This document shows, piece by piece, positions 19,011 through 27,688 of a DNA stretch of 64,000 nucleotides. Where the stretch lies: assembly GCA_038214755.1 (NCBI GenBank), contig JBBQRQ010000016.1:1-64000 (forward strand). The letters are read 5' to 3'. Position 1 is the stretch's first letter. Each line of letters opens with the position of its first letter. The notes under the pieces are model-generated. The model was not told the origin of the DNA, ran no database searches, and saw only the letters and a program-made list of their open reading frames with translations. A program made the position numbers and the translations under genes. The DNA comes from Verrucomicrobiota bacterium. GTDB taxonomy: Bacteria; Verrucomicrobiota; Verrucomicrobiia; Limisphaerales; CANJXF01.

Positions 19011-21509
19011 ATGAAACTCACTCTTAATTGGCTCAAGCAATACGTTGATTTCGCTTGGTCGCCCGAAGAATTGACCGAGCGGCTCACGATGCTCGGACTC
19101 GAAGTCGAAGGCGTTCAAAAAATTGGCGGCGAATTTGAAGGCATCGTCGTCGCCCAGGTTTTGACGAAAGATAAAGTCGCTGGCTCAGATAAATTGTCCG
19201 TCTGCAAAGTCAATGATGGGAAAGGCGAGCGGCAAGTTATTTGCGGCGCGAACAATTTCAAACCGGGAGACAAAACCGCGTTGATCCTACCCGGAGCATC
19301 GCTGCCCATGAAACCGGGCGACAAAGAACCGTTCACTATCAAAGTCCGCAAAGTCATGGGCGTCGAATCGCACGGCATGATGTGTTCGCCGGAGGAACTT
19401 GGATTGCCCGATAAAGTGGATGGCATTCTTATTCTTCGTGAAGACGCAAAAGTCGGCCAGTCGTTCGCGGAATATCTTGGGCGCAGCAGCGGCGACGTGG
19501 TTTACGATTTGGAAATCACGCCGAACCGACCGGACTGGAATAGCGTCATTGGCATCGCTCGCGAAATTTCCGCGGTCACCGGCAATCCTCTAAAAATTCC
19601 TGTCATCCAATTTCTCAGCACGGAGTCCGAACCGATCTCTAATTTGGTCGATGTCCGAATTGAAGATTCTGAATTGTGTCCGCGTTACGTCGCGCGAATT
19701 GTTCGGAAAATAAAAGTTGGCCCCAGTCCCGCTTGGTTGAAAAGCACCTTGGAAAAAGTGGGTTTGCGCAGCATCAGCAACGTGGTGGACATCACTAATT
19801 TTGTGATGTTGGAATGCGGCCAGCCCCTGCACGCCTTTGATTATCATCTCCTTTCTTGTAGCCCCCGACGTGAGGAGGGGGTCGCCGATGCACCCGTAAA
19901 ACCGCCTCCTCACGTCGGCGGCGACGAGGTCCCCACGATCGTTCTCCGCCGCGCCCACGACGGAGAAAAATTCACAACGCTTGACGGCAAGGAGCGAACT
20001 CTGACCGATAAAATGTTACTCATCGCCGATGAAACAAAACCGATTGCCCTCGCTGGAATCATGGGCGGGCAAAATTCCGAGATCAACGAGAAGACGACGG
20101 AAGTCTTGATCGAGAGCGCTTATTTCAACCCGCAAAATATTCGCGCCACTTCCAAAAAATTGGAACTGCGCACCGATTCTTCGTATCGCTACGAGCGCGG
20201 AGCCGACGTGGAAATTTGCGACTGGGCGAGCCGTCGTGCCGCGCAACTCATTTGTGATCTGGCGAACGGACAGGTCCTCGGCCATTCGATTGATGTCTAT
20301 CCCAATCCCGTCGCGCCGAAGGAAGTCAACCTGCGCCACGCAAAAGCTCGCGAGTTGCTTGGCGTGGAAATCCCCGCGCAGAAACAAATTGAATTTTTGA
20401 AAAAACTCGGCTTGGAAATTCTGGGTTGCAATGGCGACGAATTTTGCACCGCTCGCATTCCCTCATTTCGAGTCGATTTAAAACGTGAAGTCGATTTGAT
20501 CGAAGAAATCGCGCGACTCTATGGCATCGACAAAATTCCGGCAACTCCTCCGCGCGGCGCAATCGGCGCGAATGAGTTCGATGAAATTTACGACGAAATG
20601 GCCGAGGCCCGCAGAATTTTGACCGCACTGGGTTTGAATGAAGCCCAGGGACAAACGCTGATTTCAAACACGGAATGCGGAACGCGGAACGCGGAACTCG
20701 TGGCGCTCGCCAATCCGCTCAGTTCAGAAATGGATGTGCTGCGCCCGAGTTTGCTGCCGGGTTTGTTGCATTCTCTTCGACATAATTTGAACCGAAAAAA
20801 TAATGACGTGGCGCTTTTTGAAATCGGGCGCGTTTTCCAGAATGGCCGCGAGAATCTCGGCAGCGCTGTGGAGCAACGCCGCGTCGCCATCGCGCTGACT
20901 GGACAAAGAAATCCTCCGTTCTGGAGCGGCGGGGAGCGCGACGCGAAGTTTGACATTTTTGATTTGAAAGGGTTGCTCGAAGAATTCTTTGAGCAATTTG
21001 GTTTGCGCGGAATCAATTTTGTTCGCCGCGCGGAAAGCGCTTCGCTCTATCTCGAATCAGCGACGGTTCAACTTGGCAAACTTCCTCTCGGCGAGATGGG
21101 TCAGATCTGGCCCGCGCTCGCCAAGCGTTACGATTTGCGTGATGCGGTTTTTTTGGCGGAACTCAATTTTGATTTGCTGCTCGCTCGCCGACAGACCGTG
21201 AAATTCTTCAAAACGCTCCCGGCCTTTCCCGCCATTCGTCGCGATGTTGCGATGATCGTTCCTGAAGCCACGACACACGAAGCGGTGTTGAGTATTGTCA
21301 AACAAACCAAGCTGCAGAATTTAGAAAGTGTAGAGCTTTTCGATGTGTTCCGCGGGAAAAATATTCCCGCCGGACAAAAAAGCGTGGCCTACGCGTTCAC
21401 CTACCGCAGCGTGGAACGAACGTTGACTGACCCAGAAGTAAACGCCTTTCACCAGCAGCTAATCGAGCAGTTCAAGCAAAACCTCGGCGCGATTGTGCGT
21501 GAGGCTTGA
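19011..21509 (+). CDS. pheT: Phenylalanine--tRNA ligase beta subunit
   Basis: ICGANN, LEITPNRPD, QPLHAFD, SYRYERG, DLIEEIAR, LRPSL, RRDVA and KSVAY motifs. Confidence 0.98.
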   Translation: MKLTLNWLKQYVDFAWSPEELTERLTMLGLEVEGVQKIGGEFEGIVVAQVLTKDKVAGSDKLSVCKVNDGKGERQVICGANNFKPGDKTALILPGASLPMKPGDKEPFTIKVRKVMGVESHGMMCSPEELGLPDKVDGILILREDAKVGQSFAEYLGRSSGDVVYDLEITPNRPDWNSVIGIAREISAVTGNPLKIPVIQFLSTESEPISNLVDVRIEDSELCPRYVARIVRKIKVGPSPAWLKSTLEKVGLRSISNVVDITNFVMLECGQPLHAFDYHLLSCSPRREEGVADAPVKPPPHVGGDEVPTIVLRRAHDGEKFTTLDGKERTLTDKMLLIADETKPIALAGIMGGQNSEINEKTTEVLIESAYFNPQNIRATSKKLELRTDSSYRYERGADVEICDWASRRAAQLICDLANGQVLGHSIDVYPNPVAPKEVNLRHAKARELLGVEIPAQKQIEFLKKLGLEILGCNGDEFCTARIPSFRVDLKREVDLIEEIARLYGIDKIPATPPRGAIGANEFDEIYDEMAEARRILTALGLNEAQGQTLISNTECGTRNAELVALANPLSSEMDVLRPSLLPGLLHSLRHNLNRKNNDVALFEIGRVFQNGRENLGSAVEQRRVAIALTGQRNPPFWSGGERDAKFDIFDLKGLLEEFFEQFGLRGINFVRRAESASLYLESATVQLGKLPLGEMGQIWPALAKRYDLRDAVFLAELNFDLLLARRQTVKFFKTLPAFPAIRRDVAMIVPEATTHEAVLSIVKQTKLQNLESVELFDVFRGKNIPAGQKSVAYAFTYRSVERTLTDPEVNAFHQQLIEQFKQNLGAIVREA
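19858..19925. repeat. REP doublet inserted in frame in pheT
   Basis: GTAGCCCCCGACGTGAGGAGGGG...CCGCCTCCTCACGTCGGCGGCGAC, the same family as the intergenic copies at 8978 and 10818. Confidence 0.85.
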
Positions 21510-21534
21510 GCGACTTTTTTTGGCGAGGACGAAT

Positions 21535-21750
21535 TCAGGCTTTTTTCCTGCCTGCAACCAACATCGCCACGCCGACGCCGACGATGACGAATCCAGCCCA
21601 CGGCGGAATGCTGACGTGTTCTCTGGTAGTGGCGTTAAGGCTCACGCCGCCGATGTGCGCCTCGTGATTTTTGTTGTAGTTAAAACCTTGGTAAGCCAGC
21701 GCAATGGTGCCAAGGACAATGAGAACGATACCGATGGTTTTCAAGTTCAT
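21535..21750 (-). CDS. Small two-TM membrane protein (DUF3185-like)
   Basis: GIVLIVLG...YQGF...IPPWAG pattern, 71 aa. Confidence 0.7.
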   Translation of the reverse strand: MNLKTIGIVLIVLGTIALAYQGFNYNKNHEAHIGGVSLNATTREHVSIPPWAGFVIVGVGVAMLVAGRKKA

Positions 21751-21888
21751 GCGCCGACTGTTTCTGAAACCAGCGTTCGAGACAATCAGCTTTTACCCCA
21801 CGCCGCGAGCGTTCGTAAAATTTTGTAATTGATTTTCCGAACAGATGATCTTTCTCAAACCCACGGCTTGCCCGGAAAGAAATCGGAT

Positions 21889-21958
21889 CGGAGCGCCGGT
21901 TTGCAACCGGCTTGGGTCTCGGCGCATGACTCAAAGCCGGTTTCAAACCGGCGCTCCG
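21889..21958. repeat. GGAG-type REP doublet
   Basis: CGGAGCGCCGGTTTGCAACCGGC...GCCGGTTTCAAACCGGCGCTCCG. Confidence 0.75.
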
Positions 21959-22028
21959 TTGTGGAAAAAGCGTTGGCGCGAGTTTCGGCTTGGCGTATCT
22001 TGCGCCTAATTCAACCGGGGAAACTATT

Positions 22029-23405
22029 ATGCTAAAAGTAACTGGCAACGGATCGATCACCACGTGCGATGGAATTACCCGCCGTGATTTTCTTCAGGTC
22101 GGCGCGCTCGGCGCCATCGGCCTGAGCATGTCGAAATTCGCCGCGCTCCAGGCGATGGGCGCGGTCGCCAAAGGCAACGACGAAAAAGCCTGCATCATGA
22201 TTTTCAATCTCGGCGCGCCCAGTCAACTCGACACCTTCGACATGAAACCGGATGCGCCGCGCGAAATTCGCGGGCCGTTCAAACCGATCAAGACCAATAA
22301 TCCTGACATGCAGATATCGGAGATTTTCCCGCTGCACGCAAAACTCGCTGACAAATTTTCGTTGGTGCGAAGCGTTTATCACTCCGCCGCCGCCGTGCAT
22401 GACACGGGTCATCAGATGATGCAAACCGGCCGTCTCTTCACCGGCGGCGTCAACACACCTCACGCCGGCTGCGCTCTCGAATTTTTAAAAGGCCGCAAAA
22501 CCGAATTGCCCGCGCACATCATTTTACCCGAACCGATGGGGCCGACCGGCGGGAATCTTCCGCACGGTCAAGACGCCGGTTTCCTCGGCAAAGCCTACGA
22601 TCCGTTCGCGCTCATGGCCGACCCCTCGCAAAAAGATTTCAAAGTTCCCGACCTGTTGCCTCCAAAAGAGATCGGCGAGGCGCGCCTCGAACGTCGCCGC
22701 GAATTGCGGCAAGTCGTCGATTCCACCGTCAAAAATTTTGAGGCCAGTCCCAGCGCAGCTTTGATGGATAATAATTTCGCCTCGGCCTATCGCTTGATGA
22801 CCAGCACGAAGGCGCGCGAAGCTTTTGATCTCACACGCGAGCCGCAAAAAGTTCGCGAGCGTTACGGCATGACGCGCTTTGGCCAAAGCTGTTTGCTGGC
22901 GCGACGACTCGTCGAGGCGGGCGTTCGTTTTGTCACGATCAACACCTTCATCACCGTCTTCGACGAAATCACCTGGGACACGCACGGCTCGAAACCATTT
23001 ACTTCCATCGCGGGCATGAAAGAAATTGTCGCGCCGATGTATGACCAGGGCTACAGCGCGTTGCTCGAAGATTTATTTCAGCGCGGTTTGCTCGACAACA
23101 CGATGGTTTGCAATCTCGCTGAATTTGGGCGCACGCCAAAAATAAATCCGGCCGGCGGACGCGATCATTGGCCGCAATGTTGGACGGTTTATTTCGCGGG
23201 CGGCGGAGTCAAAGGCGGACGCATCGTCGGAAAAAGCGATGACATCGGCGGCTATCCCGTCGAGCGTCCCGTCAAGCCCAGTGAAATCGTCGCGACCATT
23301 TACAAGTCGCTTGGCCTCGATTTGGAAACGCATTTGCCCGGCCCCAATTCGCGTCCGTTTCCGCTGGTTGATTTCGGGATTCAACCCATCAAAGAACTTT
23401 TTTAG
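22029..23405 (+). CDS. DUF1501 domain protein (Tat-like RRDFL signal)
   Basis: TRRDFLQ, PSQLDTFDMKP, ARRLVEAGVRF, EFGRTP, GRDHWP and GGGVKGG motifs. Confidence 0.92.
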   Translation: MLKVTGNGSITTCDGITRRDFLQVGALGAIGLSMSKFAALQAMGAVAKGNDEKACIMIFNLGAPSQLDTFDMKPDAPREIRGPFKPIKTNNPDMQISEIFPLHAKLADKFSLVRSVYHSAAAVHDTGHQMMQTGRLFTGGVNTPHAGCALEFLKGRKTELPAHIILPEPMGPTGGNLPHGQDAGFLGKAYDPFALMADPSQKDFKVPDLLPPKEIGEARLERRRELRQVVDSTVKNFEASPSAALMDNNFASAYRLMTSTKAREAFDLTREPQKVRERYGMTRFGQSCLLARRLVEAGVRFVTINTFITVFDEITWDTHGSKPFTSIAGMKEIVAPMYDQGYSALLEDLFQRGLLDNTMVCNLAEFGRTPKINPAGGRDHWPQCWTVYFAGGGVKGGRIVGKSDDIGGYPVERPVKPSEIVATIYKSLGLDLETHLPGPNSRPFPLVDFGIQPIKELF

Positions 23406-23476
23406 GAAAAGTCATTTCACCACAGAGGCACAGAGACACAGAGACACGAGATGCACGGAGGAGATAAAATCCATTT

Positions 23477-26038
23477 ATGATTTTCCAAAACAGTGGTAGG
23501 GCGCTTCAACCCTCTGCGCGCCGCCCTTCGAGATCCCAACGGCGGCGCGCACGGAGTGACGCGCCCTACTTTTTTCTCTCTCTGTGCCTCTGTGCCTCTG
23601 TGGTCAACTTCGCTCGAGCTTCTGAGTCGATCACCATTCTCCCGCAGAAATTCAAACTCAGCGGGCAGGCCGCGCGCCAACAATTGGTTGTCGAAACAAT
23701 TCGCGACAAACAATTCGTCGAACAAGTTACCAACCAAATTATTTTCTCTTCCAGCAACCCGAAAATTCTTGCGATTAAGAACGGTGTCGCGACGCCTGTC
23801 GCAGACGGCACCGTCACCATTTCTGCCAAGGTCGGAAGAAAAACTGCCAGGACCGAAGTGGTCGTCGAGGGAATGGCGAAACCTTTCGAATGGAGTTTTC
23901 GCAATCACGTTCAGCCCGTGCTCGCCAAGGCCGGTTGCAGTTCCGGCGCCTGCCACGGCGCGGCAGCGGGACAAAGTGGATTTAAACTTTCCCTGCGCGG
24001 CTACGATGATGAATCGGATTATCTCATGCTCACTCGCAACGCCATTGGCCGCCGGGTCAATCCAATCGATCCCGGTCGCAGCATGATTTTGATCAAGCCG
24101 ACGGCCGCAGTTCCGCACAAAGGCGGAAAGAAATTTGAGGTCGATTCCATTGATTACCGTGTGCTGGCCGAGTGGATTTCTTCCGGCGCGCTCGGTCCAA
24201 AAAACGAAGACCCACGCATTCAGAAAATTGAAATTTTGCCCGACCACGTCGTTCTCACCAATGGAGCGAGCCAACAACTTCTTGTCCGCGCAACGTTCAG
24301 CGACGGCCACACGGAAGACGTGACCCACTGGACGAAATTCAACGCCGGCAACGCGACTGTCACTCAAGTCGATGACGACGGATTGGTCAAAGTGGTCGGC
24401 AATGGTGAAGGCCCAATCACCGCGTGGTATCTGAGCCGCATCGCGATAGCGACGGTCACGGCTCCCTATACTAACAAAGTTTCGTCCGCAGTTTTTGCCA
24501 AAGCCAAGCGCAGAAATTTCATCGACGATTTGGTTTTGGAAAAATTGAAAAGTTTGAATCTGCCGCCGTCGCCGCGCTCGACCGATTCAGAATTTATTCG
24601 CCGCGTTTTTCTCGACACGATCGGCGTTCTTCCCACCGCCCAGGAAACGCGCGCTTTTCTCACCCACAAATCCACGAAGAAACGAGACGCCTTGATCGAA
24701 CAACTTTTGCAGCGTCCGGAATTTGTCGATTATTGGAGTTACAAATGGTCGGATGTTTTGCTCGTCAGCAGTCGGGCCGTCTCTGGCACGCAGCGCTTAA
24801 AACCCGGCGCGGCCTGGGCTTACTACAATTGGATTCGCCAGAACGTTACGGCCAACACTCCGTGGGACAAATTCGTCCGCCAAATGGTCGTTGCGCAGGG
24901 AAGCACGCTGGAAAACGGCGCGGGAAATTTTTATGTGCTGCACGACAACCCGCGCGACGCCGCCGAAAATATTTCGCTCGCGTTCCTCGGCATGTCGATC
25001 AATTGCGCCAAGTGCCACAATCATCCGATGGAAAAATGGACGAACGATGAGTATTACCAGTTCGCGAATTTATTTTCCCGCGTTCGCTCCAAAAACGGAA
25101 ACGGCGGCGATGGCGACAATATTATTTTCGTTTCGAGCGACGGCGATCTCGTTCAGCCGCGCACCGGCAAGCCGCAAATCCCGCGCCCACTCGAAGGACA
25201 ATCCGTGCCAATTGATTCGCCGGAAGATCGCCGCCAAGCCGTGGCCGATTGGCTGACCTCGCCGGGCAATCCATATTTCACTCGCTCCATCGTCAATCGC
25301 GTTTGGGCAAATTATTTCGGCGTCGGCCTGGTCGAAGCGGTGGATGATTTGCGGGCGACCAATCCCGCGAGCAACGAAAAACTTTTATCGGCTGCCGCAA
25401 AATTTTTGATCGACCAAAAATATGATTTGAAAGCGTTAATGCGCGCGATTCTGCAATCGGAAGCCTATCAGCGTTCCAGTATTCCGCTTCCCGAAAACAT
25501 GGGCGACCGCAGATTTTATTCGCGCTATTTCACGAAGCGATTGATGGCGGAGGTTTTGCTCGATTCCATTTCGGAAATGACCAAGGCGCCGACTGATTTC
25601 AAAACGGACACGGCTCGCGGCGGGCCGGCGGCGACGCCTTATCCAACCGGTTTGCGCGCGTTGCAATTGCCGGATTCGAACGTCGATTCCTATTTTCTGA
25701 AAACTTTCGGCCAGCCCGCGCGCGAGAAAACTTGCGATTGCGAACGGACCGCCGAGCCGAACGTCACCCAGGTTCTGCACATCGCCAACGGCGACACGAT
25801 CAACAAAAAGTTAGAGGCGACGAACAATGTTTTAAGCAAATGGCTGGAGCAAAAGTTGCCCAACGAAAAAATCATCAAGGAGACTTTCCTCGCTGCATTC
25901 AGCCGAGAACCGTCCAAGGTCGAAAAACAAAAATTCTTAAAAGTTTTGAATGAAGCCAAACCGGCAGACCTGCGCCCGGTCGTAGAAGACATGGTTTGGG
26001 CCGTCCTCAGCAGCAAGGAATTTTTGTTCAATCACTGA
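23477..26038 (+). CDS. DUF1549/DUF1553 (PSD2/PSD1) protein with Ig-like (Big_2) domains
   Basis: CSSGACHG, FIRRVFLD, CAKCHNHP, VNRVW and CDCER motifs. The N-terminus is built partly from repeats, so the start is uncertain. Confidence 0.88.
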   Translation: MIFQNSGRALQPSARRPSRSQRRRARSDAPYFFLSLCLCASVVNFARASESITILPQKFKLSGQAARQQLVVETIRDKQFVEQVTNQIIFSSSNPKILAIKNGVATPVADGTVTISAKVGRKTARTEVVVEGMAKPFEWSFRNHVQPVLAKAGCSSGACHGAAAGQSGFKLSLRGYDDESDYLMLTRNAIGRRVNPIDPGRSMILIKPTAAVPHKGGKKFEVDSIDYRVLAEWISSGALGPKNEDPRIQKIEILPDHVVLTNGASQQLLVRATFSDGHTEDVTHWTKFNAGNATVTQVDDDGLVKVVGNGEGPITAWYLSRIAIATVTAPYTNKVSSAVFAKAKRRNFIDDLVLEKLKSLNLPPSPRSTDSEFIRRVFLDTIGVLPTAQETRAFLTHKSTKKRDALIEQLLQRPEFVDYWSYKWSDVLLVSSRAVSGTQRLKPGAAWAYYNWIRQNVTANTPWDKFVRQMVVAQGSTLENGAGNFYVLHDNPRDAAENISLAFLGMSINCAKCHNHPMEKWTNDEYYQFANLFSRVRSKNGNGGDGDNIIFVSSDGDLVQPRTGKPQIPRPLEGQSVPIDSPEDRRQAVADWLTSPGNPYFTRSIVNRVWANYFGVGLVEAVDDLRATNPASNEKLLSAAAKFLIDQKYDLKALMRAILQSEAYQRSSIPLPENMGDRRFYSRYFTKRLMAEVLLDSISEMTKAPTDFKTDTARGGPAATPYPTGLRALQLPDSNVDSYFLKTFGQPAREKTCDCERTAEPNVTQVLHIANGDTINKKLEATNNVLSKWLEQKLPNEKIIKETFLAAFSREPSKVEKQKFLKVLNEAKPADLRPVVEDMVWAVLSSKEFLFNH

Positions 26039-26046
26039 GCGACGAA

Positions 26047-27681
26047 ATGAAAAGCAGTTCTTCTTTTTTTGCGTTGGGCAGTAAATTTAAAATCTTCGGC
26101 ACAATCGCTCACCCGTCCTTCAGCCGATTGGAACGCGTTTTTAAAAAGATTGCCGCGAGCAACGTAGCGCAGGATTGCATCCTGCTGTATCGCCGGTTTT
26201 CAACCGGCAGGGGGCCGCAGAAATCAGAACGCTCGCCCAAAGCGAAGCCCAGGCAGGTTGCAAACCTGCCGATACAGCAGCTTGCAAAGCTGCGCTACAA
26301 ACGAAAGATCATATTCCCTGTCATTGGACTCATTTTTTTATGCGGGTTGCCCGCGCTTCCTGATCTTCCCGCTGCTGAAAAAACGGATTACGAATCTGTC
26401 CACGCGATTTTCGATAGGCACTGCATGGATTGCCATGAATCCAAAGACCCGGAAGCAAATTTAATTTTGGAAAATTTTGAGTCGTTGATGAAAGGCGGCG
26501 AGAGCGGCGGGTCAATTGTTCCTGGAAAAAGCAGTGAAAGTCTGCTCGTCAAAATGATCGAGGGAAAAATTGAGAAGGAGGGAAAAAAATTAATCATGCC
26601 GCCCGGCAAAAAGAAAAAACTCGATGCCGCTGAGATCGCGACGATCAAAGCGTGGATTGACGCCGGCGCGCCCGAGCCGACGGATGGCAAAGCGTTGGTC
26701 AAAGAACTGACGGTTCCGAAAATCGCTCCGAAGGGTCAGCCGCGTGATTCCGTCAATGCGCTCGCCTGGTCGCCGCAGAAAAAAATTCTCGCGGCGGCGC
26801 GCTACGGAGAAGTGGATTTAATTTCTGGCGAATCACGTTCGCTGCTGCGAAAACTTTCCGGCCATCGCGGCGGCGTGAATGCGCTCGTTTTCTCACCGGA
26901 TGGCTCGCAGCTTTTTTCAGCCTCGGGCGAGAATGCGCTTTCCGGCGAAATCAAACAATGGAACGTCGCGGACGGCTCGCTCGTTCGCACCTGGGAAGGA
27001 CACAAGGACACGATTTATTCCATCGCCATTTCCCCCGACGGAAAAACATTGGGAACGGGAAGTTACGACCAAAAAATAAAATTGTGGGACGCCACGACTG
27101 GCCAGGAATTGAAAACACTCTCCGGCCACAACGGCGCGGTGTTCGGCCTGGCGTTTCGTCCAGATGGAAAAATTCTCGCCAGCGCCAGCGCCGATCGCAC
27201 CGTGAAGCTTTGGGATGTCGCGAAGGGCGAACGTCGCGACACACTCACGCAATCCCTCAAGGAAGTTTATGGCGTCGTATTTAGCGGCGATGGGAAAAAA
27301 CTTTTTGCGGGCGGCGTGGATAATCGGATTCGCGTTTGGCAAATCAGCGAAGCGGCGGCCGAAACGACCAATCCGATTTTGGAATCGCGGTTTGCCCACG
27401 AGGGCGCGATTTTGCGTCTGGCGCTTTCGACCGACAGCAAGTCTTTGCTTTCCTCGGCGGACGACCGCTCCGTGAAATTATGGGACGCGATGGAGTTGAA
27501 AGAGAAATTGGTTTTGGAATCGCAATCCGATTGGTGCGCCGGTCTGGCGTTCGTGGCCAATGACCAGATTATTTCAGTCGGTCGTCTGGACGGCTCGCTC
27601 GCTTTCTACAATGCAAAAACTGGAAAAATTATTTCTACGAATTCGGTTGCCGCGTCGGTCGCTACACAAAATTCAAAATAA
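26047..27681 (+). CDS. Planctomycete-type cytochrome c + WD40 repeat protein
   Basis: CMDCH...MPP...WIDAGA; several GH...SPDG...KLWD repeats. Start uncertain (ATG 26047 or downstream of the repeat at 26164-26298). Confidence 0.85.
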   Translation: MKSSSSFFALGSKFKIFGTIAHPSFSRLERVFKKIAASNVAQDCILLYRRFSTGRGPQKSERSPKAKPRQVANLPIQQLAKLRYKRKIIFPVIGLIFLCGLPALPDLPAAEKTDYESVHAIFDRHCMDCHESKDPEANLILENFESLMKGGESGGSIVPGKSSESLLVKMIEGKIEKEGKKLIMPPGKKKKLDAAEIATIKAWIDAGAPEPTDGKALVKELTVPKIAPKGQPRDSVNALAWSPQKKILAAARYGEVDLISGESRSLLRKLSGHRGGVNALVFSPDGSQLFSASGENALSGEIKQWNVADGSLVRTWEGHKDTIYSIAISPDGKTLGTGSYDQKIKLWDATTGQELKTLSGHNGAVFGLAFRPDGKILASASADRTVKLWDVAKGERRDTLTQSLKEVYGVVFSGDGKKLFAGGVDNRIRVWQISEAAAETTNPILESRFAHEGAILRLALSTDSKSLLSSADDRSVKLWDAMELKEKLVLESQSDWCAGLAFVANDQIISVGRLDGSLAFYNAKTGKIISTNSVAASVATQNSK

Positions 27682-27688
27682 CGTCGTC

